Source: Corynebacterium glutamicum ATCC 13032
GTDB lineage: Bacteria > Actinomycetota > Actinomycetes > Mycobacteriales > Mycobacteriaceae
Assembly: GCF_000011325.1 (NCBI RefSeq)
Contig: NC_003450.3
Span: 600,001-632,000 of the forward strand
DNA: 32,000 nt
Reading direction: 5' to 3'
The notes beneath the pieces were generated by a model. It was not told the origin of the DNA and did not search any database. It saw nothing but the letters and a program-made list of their open reading frames with translations. The translations under genes were made by a program, and so were the position numbers. Positions within the stretch are counted from its first letter, which is position 1. The number at the start of each line of letters is the position of its first letter. This document shows positions 1-9,746 of the stretch, in pieces.

Positions 1-18
1 CCCACTAAGAAAAGCGAA

Positions 19-876
19 CTACTTCTCGTTAAGGAACGCGAATGGGGACGTGTCCTTAGGGAAGGCATGTTCCTGCAGCTCCTGGCCGAAGTAGGAGACA
101 ACTTTCTTAGCTTCAGCGTCTGGTTCGGAGAATGCTTTGTATTTCTTTTCTCCGGCAAGTTGGTGGAGAAGGAATCCGGTGAGGAGGCCGCGGACGGTTT
201 CTTGAGCTCCGGTTTGTGGGCTGCCGATTCCTGCGACAAGTTTGAACATGGTGTCTTCAGAGAAGCCCTGTTGGTTGCCTTTTTCTGATTCGCGGTAGCA
301 GACATCGCCGGCCCAGTTGGCTGCGAGTTTTGCTGGCTCGCCGGATTCAAAGAGGCCGAGGCTGGAGGATCCGATGACTAGGCCTGGGGCTTTGACAGCG
401 AAGGCGGCGTCGATTGCTGAGGGGGAGGTTTTCGCTGGGTAGATTGCTCCGACTGCGCGCACGAGGTCGCGGTTTGCTGCGGATAGTACTGCAGCCCCAG
501 CACCCATGCCGTGGCCTACTACACCGAGGCAGGCTGGGTTGACGGTGACGTTTCCGGAGCCGAGTTTTACGCCGCCGAGAATCTGAATGGAGGATTCGAG
601 GTCAGAGGCGAAACCTTTGTGGTCTGGCATGAAGCCATTTTCGGTGTCTGGGGCGGCAACAGCGATGCCCCAGGACGCGAGGTGTCGCAAAGTTTGGTGG
701 TAGTACTTGATGGATTTCATCCAGTCGTGGCCGAAAGCTACACCTGGGATGCCGTCGCCTTCTGCTGGGGTGTAGATTTTGCCCGGGATGCCGGCGTAGT
801 TCATATCGCCTACCAGCACGCGGTGCGGTCCGCGCTTGGACAGTTTGGACAGGTGTTTGTTCAGATTCTCAGCCAC
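19..876 (-). CDS. alpha/beta-hydrolase-fold protein, chlorophyllase/cutinase-like, with a non-canonical (probably inactive) nucleophile elbow
   Basis: 285-aa ORF with a GTG start at 876. It carries the family-typical string 'GHDWMKSIKYYHQTLRHLASWGIAVAAPD'. The nucleophile-elbow context is 'LGVVGHGMGAGAAV', reading G-H-G-M-G where G-x-S-x-G is expected. Confidence 0.75.
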   Translation of the reverse strand: MAENLNKHLSKLSKRGPHRVLVGDMNYAGIPGKIYTPAEGDGIPGVAFGHDWMKSIKYYHQTLRHLASWGIAVAAPDTENGFMPDHKGFASDLESSIQILGGVKLGSGNVTVNPACLGVVGHGMGAGAAVLSAANRDLVRAVGAIYPAKTSPSAIDAAFAVKAPGLVIGSSSLGLFESGEPAKLAANWAGDVCYRESEKGNQQGFSEDTMFKLVAGIGSPQTGAQETVRGLLTGFLLHQLAGEKKYKAFSEPDAEAKKVVSYFGQELQEHAFPKDTSPFAFLNEK

Positions 877-970
877 GTGTTTAAGGATAGTTGAAAGCGT
901 GGGGCAATACTGGCACTAACCCCGGCACCAATCGTATTTCTGTCCGCGGTTGGTGGCACAATAGTTCAAC

Positions 971-2056
971 ATGAACTTGCTGACCACCAAAATTGACCTG
1001 GATGCCATCGCCCATAACACGAGGGTGCTTAAACAAATGGCGGGTCCGGCGAAGCTGATGGCGGTGGTGAAGGCGAATGCATATAACCATGGCGTAGAGA
1101 AGGTCGCTCCGGTTATTGCTGCTCATGGTGCGGATGCGTTTGGTGTGGCAACTCTTGCGGAGGCTATGCAGTTGCGTGATATCGGCATCAGCCAAGAGGT
1201 TTTGTGTTGGATTTGGACACCGGAGCAGGATTTCCGCGCCGCCATTGATCGCAATATTGATTTGGCTGTTATTTCTCCCGCGCATGCCAAAGCCTTGATC
1301 GAAACTGATGCGGAGCATATTCGGGTGTCCATCAAGATTGATTCTGGGTTGCATCGTTCGGGTGTGGATGAGCAGGAGTGGGAGGGCGTGTTCAGCGCGT
1401 TGGCTGCTGCCCCGCACATTGAGGTCACGGGCATGTTCACGCACTTGGCGTGCGCGGATGAGCCAGAGAATCCGGAAACTGATCGCCAAATTATTGCTTT
1501 TCGACGCGCCCTTGCGCTCGCCCGCAAGCACGGGCTTGAGTGCCCGGTCAACCACGTATGCAACTCACCTGCATTCTTGACTCGATCTGATTTACACATG
1601 GAGATGGTCCGACCGGGTTTGGCCTTTTATGGGTTGGAACCCGTGGCGGGACTGGAGCATGGTTTGAAGCCGGCGATGACGTGGGAGGCGAAGGTGAGCG
1701 TCGTAAAGCAAATTGAAGCTGGACAAGGCACTTCCTATGGCCTGACCTGGCGCGCTGAGGATCGCGGCTTTGTGGCTGTGGTGCCTGCGGGCTATGCCGA
1801 TGGCATGCCGCGGCATGCCCAGGGGAAATTCTCCGTCACGATTGATGGCCTGGACTATCCGCAGGTTGGGCGCGTATGCATGGATCAGTTCGTTATTTCT
1901 TTGGGCGACAATCCACACGGCGTGGAAGCTGGGGCGAAGGCCGTGATATTCGGTGAGAATGGGCATGACGCAACTGATTTTGCGGAGCGTTTAGACACCA
2001 TTAACTATGAGGTAGTGTGCCGACCAACCGGCCGAACTGTCCGCGCATATGTTTAA
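971..2056 (+). CDS. alr: alanine racemase
   Basis: 361-aa ORF. It has the PLP-lysine motif 'AVVKANAYNHG' and the C-terminal 'GRVCMDQ' motif. tsaE lies 24 bp downstream, as in other actinobacteria. Confidence 0.95.
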   Translation: MNLLTTKIDLDAIAHNTRVLKQMAGPAKLMAVVKANAYNHGVEKVAPVIAAHGADAFGVATLAEAMQLRDIGISQEVLCWIWTPEQDFRAAIDRNIDLAVISPAHAKALIETDAEHIRVSIKIDSGLHRSGVDEQEWEGVFSALAAAPHIEVTGMFTHLACADEPENPETDRQIIAFRRALALARKHGLECPVNHVCNSPAFLTRSDLHMEMVRPGLAFYGLEPVAGLEHGLKPAMTWEAKVSVVKQIEAGQGTSYGLTWRAEDRGFVAVVPAGYADGMPRHAQGKFSVTIDGLDYPQVGRVCMDQFVISLGDNPHGVEAGAKAVIFGENGHDATDFAERLDTINYEVVCRPTGRTVRAYV

Positions 2057-2079
2057 GTGAATACGTTTAAGGAGCAGCA

Positions 2080-2577
2080 ATGAAATCTGAGTTTCCGGTA
2101 TCCGGCACGAGGCGTTTTGAGCATGCCGCAGATACCCAAAATTTTGGGGAAGAATTAGGCAGGCATCTAGAAGCTGGCGATGTGGTGATTTTGGACGGCC
2201 CGCTGGGTGCTGGAAAAACCACATTTACTCAAGGTATCGCTCGTGGATTGCAGGTGAAGGGGCGGGTGACATCGCCGACGTTTGTGATCGCGAGGGAACA
2301 CCGCTCGGAAATCGGTGGGCCAGATCTGATCCACATGGATGCCTACCGATTGCTGGGCGAAGACAGCGAGGATGCTGATCCGATCGGTGCGCTGGACTCT
2401 TTGGATTTGGATACCGATTTGGACTTGGCTGTGGTTGTTGCGGAATGGGGCGGTGGCTTGGTGGAGCAGATCGCTGACTCGTATCTTTTGATTACCATTG
2501 ATCGAGAGACCGCTGTGCAGGAAGACCCGGAATCTGAGGCTCGAATTTTCCATTGGGAATGGCGCGAAGGCCGCTGA
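2080..2577 (+). CDS. tsaE: tRNA t6A37 biosynthesis ATPase TsaE
   Basis: 165 aa with Walker A 'GPLGAGKTTF' followed by 'SPTF' and 'HMDAYRL', typical of the TsaE/YjeE family. It sits immediately after alr. Confidence 0.9.
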   Translation: MKSEFPVSGTRRFEHAADTQNFGEELGRHLEAGDVVILDGPLGAGKTTFTQGIARGLQVKGRVTSPTFVIAREHRSEIGGPDLIHMDAYRLLGEDSEDADPIGALDSLDLDTDLDLAVVVAEWGGGLVEQIADSYLLITIDRETAVQEDPESEARIFHWEWREGR

Positions 2578-2810
2578 GAAAGTTTTCCACGCTAAAATAG
2601 TGTGATTCTGTCCGAATCTGTTGTTTTAGTTTTGAAACTGCGGGATCATGGAAAGTAGTGAAAAGTGAATTTTAGTTCTGTGCTTTCTCTGCCCTTTAAG
2701 TGAACCTTTTGTTGGATCTTGCATTGAAAAAATGAAAACCTCGTCGGGAATGCAACTTGGGATCACGTCTCGGGCAAGAAACGTCCTTAAAAAAAGGGGA
2801 GTGATTGTGA

Positions 2811-4412
2811 GTGCTTGATTTCTTAGCTGCGAACCCGCTGATTGCGCTGGTGGTTATTTTGGCCGTTGGTTTAGCAATTGGTCAGATTAGGGTCTTTGGC
2901 CTTTCTTTAGGTGCCGCCGCGGTGCTGTTTGTGGCCCTGGTGGTTTCAACTGCAAATACCGACATCGTCATCCCCATGATTGTTTATCAGCTGGGCTTGG
3001 CGATGTTCGTTTATGTCATCGGTTTGTCCGCCGGACCAGCATTTTTCAGTGAGTTCGCTAAAAAGGGCTGGAAGCTCACCATCTTTATGCTCCTGCTGCT
3101 GGCAACACTGATTGGTTTGGCGTGGGTGCTTATTAAGTCACTGGGGCTTGATGCAGCGATCGGTACCGGTATGTTCACCGGCGCGCTGACCTCGACTCCC
3201 GGTATGGCAGCGGTCGTGGAATTGATTGAAGGAATCGATCCAAGCCTTGCCAGTGAACCTGTTATTGGTTATTCCTTGGCATATCCGGGAGCCGTGCTGG
3301 GATCCATTGTGGTGGCCGCGGTTGGAGCGAAACTGCTCAAAGTAAATCACCGGGAAGATGCTCGAAAAGAAGGCATGATCACCGCACCGCTGGTGTGGAA
3401 GGGTGTGCAGCTCAAACCTGGAATCACAGGCAGGGTGGGAGATCTTCCACGCCTTGCAGGTGAAAGTATCATCGCAACCCGCATTGTGGATGATCCACAT
3501 ACACACCGCCTCGCGGATCCAGATCTGCCGATTACTGAAGGCATGGAACTGTTGATCAACGGCACTGAAGAAGCCGTGGATCGGGCAATTAAGGCGTTGG
3601 GTGAAGAACGCGAAACCAAAATTGAGGACACAGAGCTGATCTACACCCGCCTGACGGTATCTAGCCCTGAGGTTGCAGGTAGAACCGTTGCTGAGCTTGA
3701 TACTGTAGCTCACGGATTCATGATTGCCCGTATCCGCCAGGGCGATTCTGAGGTAGTGCCTAAACCTGACACCGTGATCAACTACTCTGACCGCATCCGC
3801 GTGGTGGTTGCTCCTGGTCGTGTGGCTGAAGTGCGACGATTCTTAGGGGACTCTGAAAAGTCCCTTGCTGATGTTAATCTGCTGCCTTTAGCCATCGGAT
3901 TATCTCTTGGCCTGTTGTTGGGCGCGATCCCGATTCCTCTTCCAGGCGGCACCACGATGTCCCTTGGCTTTGGTGGCGGCCCGATTATTGCCGGCCTGAT
4001 TTTGGGAGCACTCAAGCACACAGGACCGCTGACGTGGCAGATGCCGTTCCACGCCAACCGCACGATCTCCACCTTGGGCCTGGCGCTGTTTTTGGCTGGT
4101 GTGGGTACCTCTGCAGGTGCAGGATTTAGAGCTGCGCTTACCGATTCCTCCTCCTTGATCTACATGGCCGGTGGCTTGGTGATCACCTTGGCCTCTGCGC
4201 TGCTGTGTGCTGTGATCGGCATGTGGGTACTCAGGTTGAGGTGGGATGAAGCCATGGGTGTTGCCGCTGGCACCACCACAAATCCTGCAATTATTTCCTA
4301 TCTGAATGGGCAAACCGGAACGGATCTTGCCAACAGGGGATATGCCACTGTGTACCCCACGGCGATGATCGGTAAAATCCTCGGCGCGCAGATATTGTTC
4401 TTGCTGCTCTAA
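2811..4412 (+). CDS. YidE/YbjL (aspartate:alanine-exchanger, AAE) family transporter with two central TrkA-C/RCK-C domains
   Basis: 533 aa with a GTG start and the SD 'AAAGGGGAG' about 10 nt upstream. Hydrophobic N- and C-terminal halves flank two soluble repeats ('...RVGDLPRLAGESIIATRIVDD...', '...VAGRTVAELDTVAHGFMIARIRQGD...'). Confidence 0.85.
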   Translation: MLDFLAANPLIALVVILAVGLAIGQIRVFGLSLGAAAVLFVALVVSTANTDIVIPMIVYQLGLAMFVYVIGLSAGPAFFSEFAKKGWKLTIFMLLLLATLIGLAWVLIKSLGLDAAIGTGMFTGALTSTPGMAAVVELIEGIDPSLASEPVIGYSLAYPGAVLGSIVVAAVGAKLLKVNHREDARKEGMITAPLVWKGVQLKPGITGRVGDLPRLAGESIIATRIVDDPHTHRLADPDLPITEGMELLINGTEEAVDRAIKALGEERETKIEDTELIYTRLTVSSPEVAGRTVAELDTVAHGFMIARIRQGDSEVVPKPDTVINYSDRIRVVVAPGRVAEVRRFLGDSEKSLADVNLLPLAIGLSLGLLLGAIPIPLPGGTTMSLGFGGGPIIAGLILGALKHTGPLTWQMPFHANRTISTLGLALFLAGVGTSAGAGFRAALTDSSSLIYMAGGLVITLASALLCAVIGMWVLRLRWDEAMGVAAGTTTNPAIISYLNGQTGTDLANRGYATVYPTAMIGKILGAQILFLLL

Positions 4413-4427
4413 GGTGATTTTTGGGCA

Positions 4428-5711
4428 GTGGTGGGGGTGGTGTCCACCCCTGCGCGTAACCTGGGAAGCATGACTAAAACACTTGGTTCCCTTCAGCTGG
4501 AAGAAATCACGCTGACCCTCCCTCTGACTGAAGATGTGGCCGATGAACGCACCATTGATGTGTTCGCACGCATTGCCACACGCGTCGGTGGGGAAGACCT
4601 TCCATATTTAGTATTCCTGCAGGGTGGGCCTGGCAATGAAGCTCCACGTCCAAGCCTTAATCCCCTCAACCCCAATTGGTTGGGCGTGGCCTTGGAGGAA
4701 TACCGCGTGGTCATGTTGGATCAACGTGGCACCGGCCGTTCCACCCCAGTGGGTAATGATATTTTGGAAAAACCCACAGCAGAAGTAGTGGAGTACTTAT
4801 CCCACCTGCGCGCAGATGGCATTGTGCGAGATGCTGAAGCCCTGCGTAAGCATTTGGGTGTGAATCAGTGGAACCTTTTAGGCCAGTCCTTCGGAGGTTT
4901 CACCACCCTGCATTACTTGTCCCGGCACGCCGATTCCTTGGACAACGTGTTTATTACCGGCGGTCTCAGCGCTATTGATCGCCCAGCAGAAGACGTGTAT
5001 GCCAACTGTTACAACCGCATGCGCCGAAACTCTGAGGAATTCTACCGTCGCTTCCCGCAATTACGGGAAACTTTCCGAGGGTTGGTTAATCGTGCTCGCG
5101 CCGGGGAGATTGTGCTTCCCACCGGCGAAGTTGTGTCAGAAACCAGGCTGCGATCCCTTGGTCACTTGTTGGGTAGCAATGACGGCTGGTTTGATCTGTA
5201 CAACCTGCTGGAATTAGATCCCACCTCCAACGCTTTTGTCCATGACCTGGCAGGACTTTTGCCTTTCGGCAACCGCAACCCAATTTATTACGTGCTCCAT
5301 GAGTCCTCTTACGCCGACGGTGTGGTGACAAATTGGGCAGCAGAGCGTGTGCTTCCAGAGGATTTCCGCGAGGATCCAACACTGCTCACCGGTGAGCACG
5401 TGTTCCAGGAGTGGACAGACACCGTGCCGTCGCTCAAGCCGTGGAAGGACGTTGCCCTGGCATTGGCTCAGCAGGAATGGCCCAAGCTTTATGATGCGAA
5501 GGCATTGGAAAACTCACAGGCCAAGGGCGCTGCAGCAGTGTATGCCAATGACGTTTTCGTCCCAGTGGATTACTCTCTGGAAACCGCACAACACCTGCCC
5601 GGTGTGCAGCTGTTTATCACCAGCCAGCATGAACACAATGGACTTCGTGCCAGCTCAGGCGCAGTACTGAAGCACCTTTTCGATCTGGCCCACGGCCGAG
5701 AGGTACGCTGA
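4428..5711 (+). CDS. pip: prolyl aminopeptidase / proline iminopeptidase (alpha/beta hydrolase, S33-like)
   Basis: 427-aa ORF with 'FLQGGPG' (oxyanion region), the nucleophile elbow 'GQSFGG' and a C-terminal 'SQHEHNGL'. The true start may be the ATG at 4470 (MTKTLGS...), which is preceded by GGGAAG. Confidence 0.85.
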   Translation: MVGVVSTPARNLGSMTKTLGSLQLEEITLTLPLTEDVADERTIDVFARIATRVGGEDLPYLVFLQGGPGNEAPRPSLNPLNPNWLGVALEEYRVVMLDQRGTGRSTPVGNDILEKPTAEVVEYLSHLRADGIVRDAEALRKHLGVNQWNLLGQSFGGFTTLHYLSRHADSLDNVFITGGLSAIDRPAEDVYANCYNRMRRNSEEFYRRFPQLRETFRGLVNRARAGEIVLPTGEVVSETRLRSLGHLLGSNDGWFDLYNLLELDPTSNAFVHDLAGLLPFGNRNPIYYVLHESSYADGVVTNWAAERVLPEDFREDPTLLTGEHVFQEWTDTVPSLKPWKDVALALAQQEWPKLYDAKALENSQAKGAAAVYANDVFVPVDYSLETAQHLPGVQLFITSQHEHNGLRASSGAVLKHLFDLAHGREVR

Positions 5712-5717
5712 TTCCTC

Positions 5718-6395
5718 GTGTTAGTACTAGCCCTAGACACCTCAACCCCTGACCTGATCGTCGGCGTCGTCGACTCCGACACCGGAAACACCCGCGCCGA
5801 AACCATCATCGAGGACACCCGCGCACACAACGAGCAGCTCACGCCCACCGTCCAGAAGACGCTTCTCGACGCCAACTTGAGCTTTTCAGATATCGACGCG
5901 ATCGTCGTGGGTTGCGGCCCGGGACCGTTCACTGGACTTCGAGTAGGCATGGTGTCCGGCGCAGCGTTCGGTGATGCCCTGGGAATCCCTGTCTATGGAG
6001 TCTGCTCACTCGACGCGATCGCTCACAATATTGGTGCACGCAACATCCCGCACGCATTAGTTGCCACTGATGCGCGCCGCCGTGAAATCTACTGGGCAAC
6101 CTACCGCTCCGGCGAACGTGATCAGGGACCAGATGTCATCGCACCAGCAAACATCCAGATCAGCGGCGCTGTAGACACCATTTCGATTCCTGAGCACCTG
6201 GTGGAAAAACTCCCAGAAGAACTCCAGAATGTCACCATGCATAGCGGCAAACCTGCCCCCGCAAGCTTGGTGGCAGTGGCTGATTTCAGTGTGGAACCAC
6301 AACCATTGGTTCCTCTTTACCTGCGCCGCCCAGATGCCAAAGAACCAAAACCAAAACCTAAATCTGCAGCCATCCCCGAGGTGGATCTTTCATGA
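5718..6395 (+). CDS. tsaB: tRNA t6A37 biosynthesis protein TsaB
   Basis: 225 aa with the N-terminus 'MLVLALDTSTP...' and 'GPGPFTGLRVG', typical of TsaB/YeaZ. It starts 7 bp after the pip stop and overlaps rimI by ATGA. Confidence 0.9.
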   Translation: MLVLALDTSTPDLIVGVVDSDTGNTRAETIIEDTRAHNEQLTPTVQKTLLDANLSFSDIDAIVVGCGPGPFTGLRVGMVSGAAFGDALGIPVYGVCSLDAIAHNIGARNIPHALVATDARRREIYWATYRSGERDQGPDVIAPANIQISGAVDTISIPEHLVEKLPEELQNVTMHSGKPAPASLVAVADFSVEPQPLVPLYLRRPDAKEPKPKPKSAAIPEVDLS

Positions 6396-6901
6396 GTGAA
6401 CAATTCGAGCTACGGGAACTCCGCAGGGAAGACGCGGGGCGCTGCGCCGACCTGGAGCAAATCCTGTTCCCAGGTGATAACCCCTGGCCACGTGATGTCT
6501 TTGCCGTGGAGTTTTCCCACCCCACCAATTTCTACATCGGCGCTTTCGACGAAGGATACTTGGTGGCGTACGCAGGTCTTGCCATGATGGGACCTGCGGA
6601 TGATCCAGAGTTTGAAATCCACACCATTGGTGTCGATCCGGAATTCCAAAGAAAAGGCTTGGGACGCGTACTCATGGATCAAATGATGCATGCAGCGGAC
6701 AGCCACGACGGTCCAGTTTTCTTGGAAGTCCGCACCGACAACGTACCCGCGATTTCCATGTACGAGGCTTTCGGCTTTAAAACCTTGGCCGTGCGCAAAA
6801 ACTACTACCGGCCATCCGGAGCTGACGCCTACACCATGCAACGCCCACGCTTGAGCGATCGCAAAGATCAACAGACAGACACAGAGGGGACACCCAGCTA
6901 A
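6392..6901 (+). CDS. rimI: ribosomal-protein-alanine N-acetyltransferase (GNAT)
   Basis: 169 aa with the GNAT acetyl-CoA motif 'QRKGLGRVLM'. It occupies the conserved position between tsaB and tsaD and has a 4-nt overlap with tsaB. Confidence 0.85.
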   Translation: MSEQFELRELRREDAGRCADLEQILFPGDNPWPRDVFAVEFSHPTNFYIGAFDEGYLVAYAGLAMMGPADDPEFEIHTIGVDPEFQRKGLGRVLMDQMMHAADSHDGPVFLEVRTDNVPAISMYEAFGFKTLAVRKNYYRPSGADAYTMQRPRLSDRKDQQTDTEGTPS

Positions 6902-6904
6902 ACC

Positions 6905-7939
6905 ATGATCGTTTTGGGAATTGAAAGCTCCTGCGATGAAACAGGCGTAGGCGTAGTCAAACTTGACGGCGAAGGAAACCTAGAGATCCTCGCCGACTCA
7001 GTGGCCTCCTCCATGCAAGAACATGCCCGCTTTGGTGGCGTCGTGCCAGAAATCGCCTCCCGGGCGCACCTGGAATCTATGGTCCCCGTGATGCGTGAAG
7101 CGTTGAGGCAGGCGGGCGTCGACAGGCCAGATGCTGTGGCTGCAACCGTGGGCCCTGGTTTGGCGGGCGCGCTGCTCGTTGGAGCCAGCGCTGCGAAGGC
7201 GTATGCCGCTGCGTGGGGAGTTCCGTTTTACGCGGTCAACCACCTGGGCGGACACGTCGCCGTGGCCAATCTGGAAGGTGAAACTCTTCCACACGCGGTG
7301 GCTTTGCTGGTTTCCGGCGGACACACTCAATTGTTGGAAGTCGACGCGGTGGGATTACCCATGAAGGAATTGGGATCCACCCTCGACGATGCCGCTGGCG
7401 AAGCCTATGACAAAGTCTCAAGGCTGTTGGGATTGGGCTACCCAGGCGGCCCCATCATTGATAAATTGGCGCGCCGGGGTAATCCAGAGGCCATTGCTTT
7501 CCCCCGCGGATTGATGAAAAAGTCGGATTCTCGGCATGATTTCAGCTTTTCCGGTTTGAAAACCTCCGTTGCCCGCTACGTGGAAGCTGCGGAAAGAAAC
7601 GGTGAAGTTATTTCCGTGGAGGACGTCTGCGCATCATTCCAAGAAGCGGTGTGTGATGTGTTGACGTTTAAGGCCGTGCGTGCGTGCCGCGATGTCGGTG
7701 CGAAGGTGCTGCTGTTGGGTGGAGGAGTGGCTGCCAACTCTCGTCTGCGGGAGCTTGCTCAAGAACGTTGCGATAAAGCCGACATCGAACTCCGGGTTCC
7801 TCGTTTCAATTTGTGCACCGATAATGGTGTCATGATTGCAGCGTTGGCGGCTCAAAGAATCCACGAAGGTGCCCAAGAATCACCAATTTCGGTCGGAACT
7901 GATCCTTCTTTGTCCGTTGAGACCCCACAGGTGTTTTAA
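6905..7939 (+). CDS. tsaD: tRNA N6-adenosine threonylcarbamoyltransferase TsaD
   Basis: 344 aa with '[14 protein letters not shown]', 'HLGGH' and '[11 protein letters not shown]', the Kae1/TsaD/Gcp hallmarks. Confidence 0.95.
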   Translation: MIVLGIESSCDETGVGVVKLDGEGNLEILADSVASSMQEHARFGGVVPEIASRAHLESMVPVMREALRQAGVDRPDAVAATVGPGLAGALLVGASAAKAYAAAWGVPFYAVNHLGGHVAVANLEGETLPHAVALLVSGGHTQLLEVDAVGLPMKELGSTLDDAAGEAYDKVSRLLGLGYPGGPIIDKLARRGNPEAIAFPRGLMKKSDSRHDFSFSGLKTSVARYVEAAERNGEVISVEDVCASFQEAVCDVLTFKAVRACRDVGAKVLLLGGGVAANSRLRELAQERCDKADIELRVPRFNLCTDNGVMIAALAAQRIHEGAQESPISVGTDPSLSVETPQVF

Positions 7940-7957
7940 ACATTTAGTATTAGTTCC

Positions 7958-9682
7958 ATGAAACCAGTCTTCTCCGTTGACCAAATCCGACGCGCAGAAA
8001 ACACCCTTTTTGAGCTTCAGGCAGATCCGGATGAGCTGATGATCTCCGCGGCATCGGCGGTGGCCGATGTCGCGTTGGCAATGGTGGACGGCCCCGCTCC
8101 AGCGGTCTCCAGTGAGGAGTCAATCCTGCTGCTGGTCGGCCCCGGTGGCAACGGTGGCGACGCCTTGTATGCAGGCGCGTTCCTTGCAGAAGAAGGCCAC
8201 CACGTTGATGCTTTGCTGTTGGGAAACGGCAAAGTCCATCAATCAGCATTGGCATATTATGAGTCTTTGGGCGGGCAGATCATTTCCGATTTTCCCCCTC
8301 ACTACCTCTACCGCCTGGTGATTGATGGTTTGTTTGGCATCGGTGGTCGGGGAGGGCTCACCCCAGAGCTGGCCAGTTTGGTGGAGTCTTTTTCCGCTTC
8401 AGGTATCCCCATTTTGGCGATTGATGTGCCGTCTGGCGTGCATGCCGATAGTGGTGAACTGCCGCCCGGCGTGATGGTGACGGTGGAAGGATTTGATAAT
8501 GATGCACCGATGGCGCGTCAGAAAATTCCGGCACACATTGACGCTGATGTCACGATCACGTTTGGCGGTTTGAGACGCGCCCACGCGGTCAGTCCTGCGT
8601 GTGGTGAAGTGCTCTGTGCTGATATCAACATCGCTGGTGGCGGCGGAAAATCGCTGTCCGCTGAGTTGAGTCAGGTGCAGGCAGAAGACGCGACCCCGCA
8701 GATGTTTGCCTCCAAGGCGTATCAACGGAAAGATTCGCTTTTTGAGCGCGCGAATCTCAAAGCTACGGCGCCACATATCCATAGGATCGGCCAGCACTTT
8801 ACCGTGTTGAACATGGAGCCTGGCCCGGATCATGATAAATACAGTGGCGGAATTGTCGGCATTGTTGCAGGTAGTGGCACCTATCCAGGTGCTGCTGTGC
8901 TGTCGGTGAAGGCGGCTGTCAGGGCCACAAGCGCCATGGTTCGATACGTTGGCCCTGCGTTAAATTTTGTCATCCAGTCGCTGCCGGAGGTCGTCGCAAC
9001 GCAATCACTTGCCACCGCCGGCCGCGTGCAAGCGTGGGTGCACGGCCCCGGACGCGGGCTGGAGGCTGAGCAATCAGCCGAGCTTGCGGAGCTTTTGAGC
9101 CGGCCTGAGCCTGTGCTTATCGACGCCGACAGCCTCTCATTACTCCAGCTCTCAGCGGAGCTTCGGCAGGCGTTGCGCGAGCGAAAAGCACCAACGGTGC
9201 TCACTCCGCACAAGGGCGAATTTGAACGCATCGCAGCAGAATTACGCTCTGAAGGCGTCGAGATTCCCCAAGCGGACAAAGATCCCATTGGTGCTGCGCA
9301 AGCGTTAGCTAAAGAATTTGATTGTTGCGTACTGCTCAAGGGGAAATACACCGTCATTGCAGCTCACGACTTTGTGCATGCGATCAACGCTGGGCATTCC
9401 TGGTTGGCTACACCTGGCTCTGGCGATGTGTTGTCAGGTCTTGTCGGTGCACACTTGGCTCAAAGCTACGCAGAATTAAACCGCTTGCCGGAGTTTTTCC
9501 CCGATGTGACCTTGTCTGATTCGGCGATTTACACCCAGATTGCACCTGCTGCGACCATCCACGCGGTTGCTGCTGGGTTGGCCGCACGAACCGAATTTGG
9601 GTTTGCGCCGACCTCCGCAAGTTTGATCGCTGATGCCATCCCTGCAGCGACCGCCAAGGTGGATTTGAAGCGAATTGTCTAG
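7958..9682 (+). CDS. nnr: bifunctional NAD(P)H-hydrate repair enzyme (NnrE epimerase + NnrD ADP-dependent dehydratase)
   Basis: 574 aa. The N-terminal YjeF_N signature is 'GPGGNGGDALYAG...IDVPSG'. The C-terminal carbohydrate-kinase signature is 'ATPGSGDVLSG'. Confidence 0.85.
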   Translation: MKPVFSVDQIRRAENTLFELQADPDELMISAASAVADVALAMVDGPAPAVSSEESILLLVGPGGNGGDALYAGAFLAEEGHHVDALLLGNGKVHQSALAYYESLGGQIISDFPPHYLYRLVIDGLFGIGGRGGLTPELASLVESFSASGIPILAIDVPSGVHADSGELPPGVMVTVEGFDNDAPMARQKIPAHIDADVTITFGGLRRAHAVSPACGEVLCADINIAGGGGKSLSAELSQVQAEDATPQMFASKAYQRKDSLFERANLKATAPHIHRIGQHFTVLNMEPGPDHDKYSGGIVGIVAGSGTYPGAAVLSVKAAVRATSAMVRYVGPALNFVIQSLPEVVATQSLATAGRVQAWVHGPGRGLEAEQSAELAELLSRPEPVLIDADSLSLLQLSAELRQALRERKAPTVLTPHKGEFERIAAELRSEGVEIPQADKDPIGAAQALAKEFDCCVLLKGKYTVIAAHDFVHAINAGHSWLATPGSGDVLSGLVGAHLAQSYAELNRLPEFFPDVTLSDSAIYTQIAPAATIHAVAAGLAARTEFGFAPTSASLIADAIPAATAKVDLKRIV

Positions 9683-9690
9683 CTCTGCAT

Positions 9691-9716
9691 GAATTCCGTA
9701 TGAATTCTTTTCTTTC
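9691..9716 (+). terminator. weak candidate intrinsic terminator after nnr
   Basis: GAATTC-cgtat-GAATTC forms a 6-bp stem and is followed by TTTTCTTTC. The stem is AT-rich and short. Confidence 0.3.
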
Positions 9717-9746
9717 AAGTGGCCGAGATGTGAAGCGCACGGTTAA

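Noticed and set aside
2604-2630. Possible terminator after tsaE (GATTC-tgtcc-GAATC followed by a T-rich run)
   Set aside because: The stem is only 5 bp and AT-rich, which is too weak to call.
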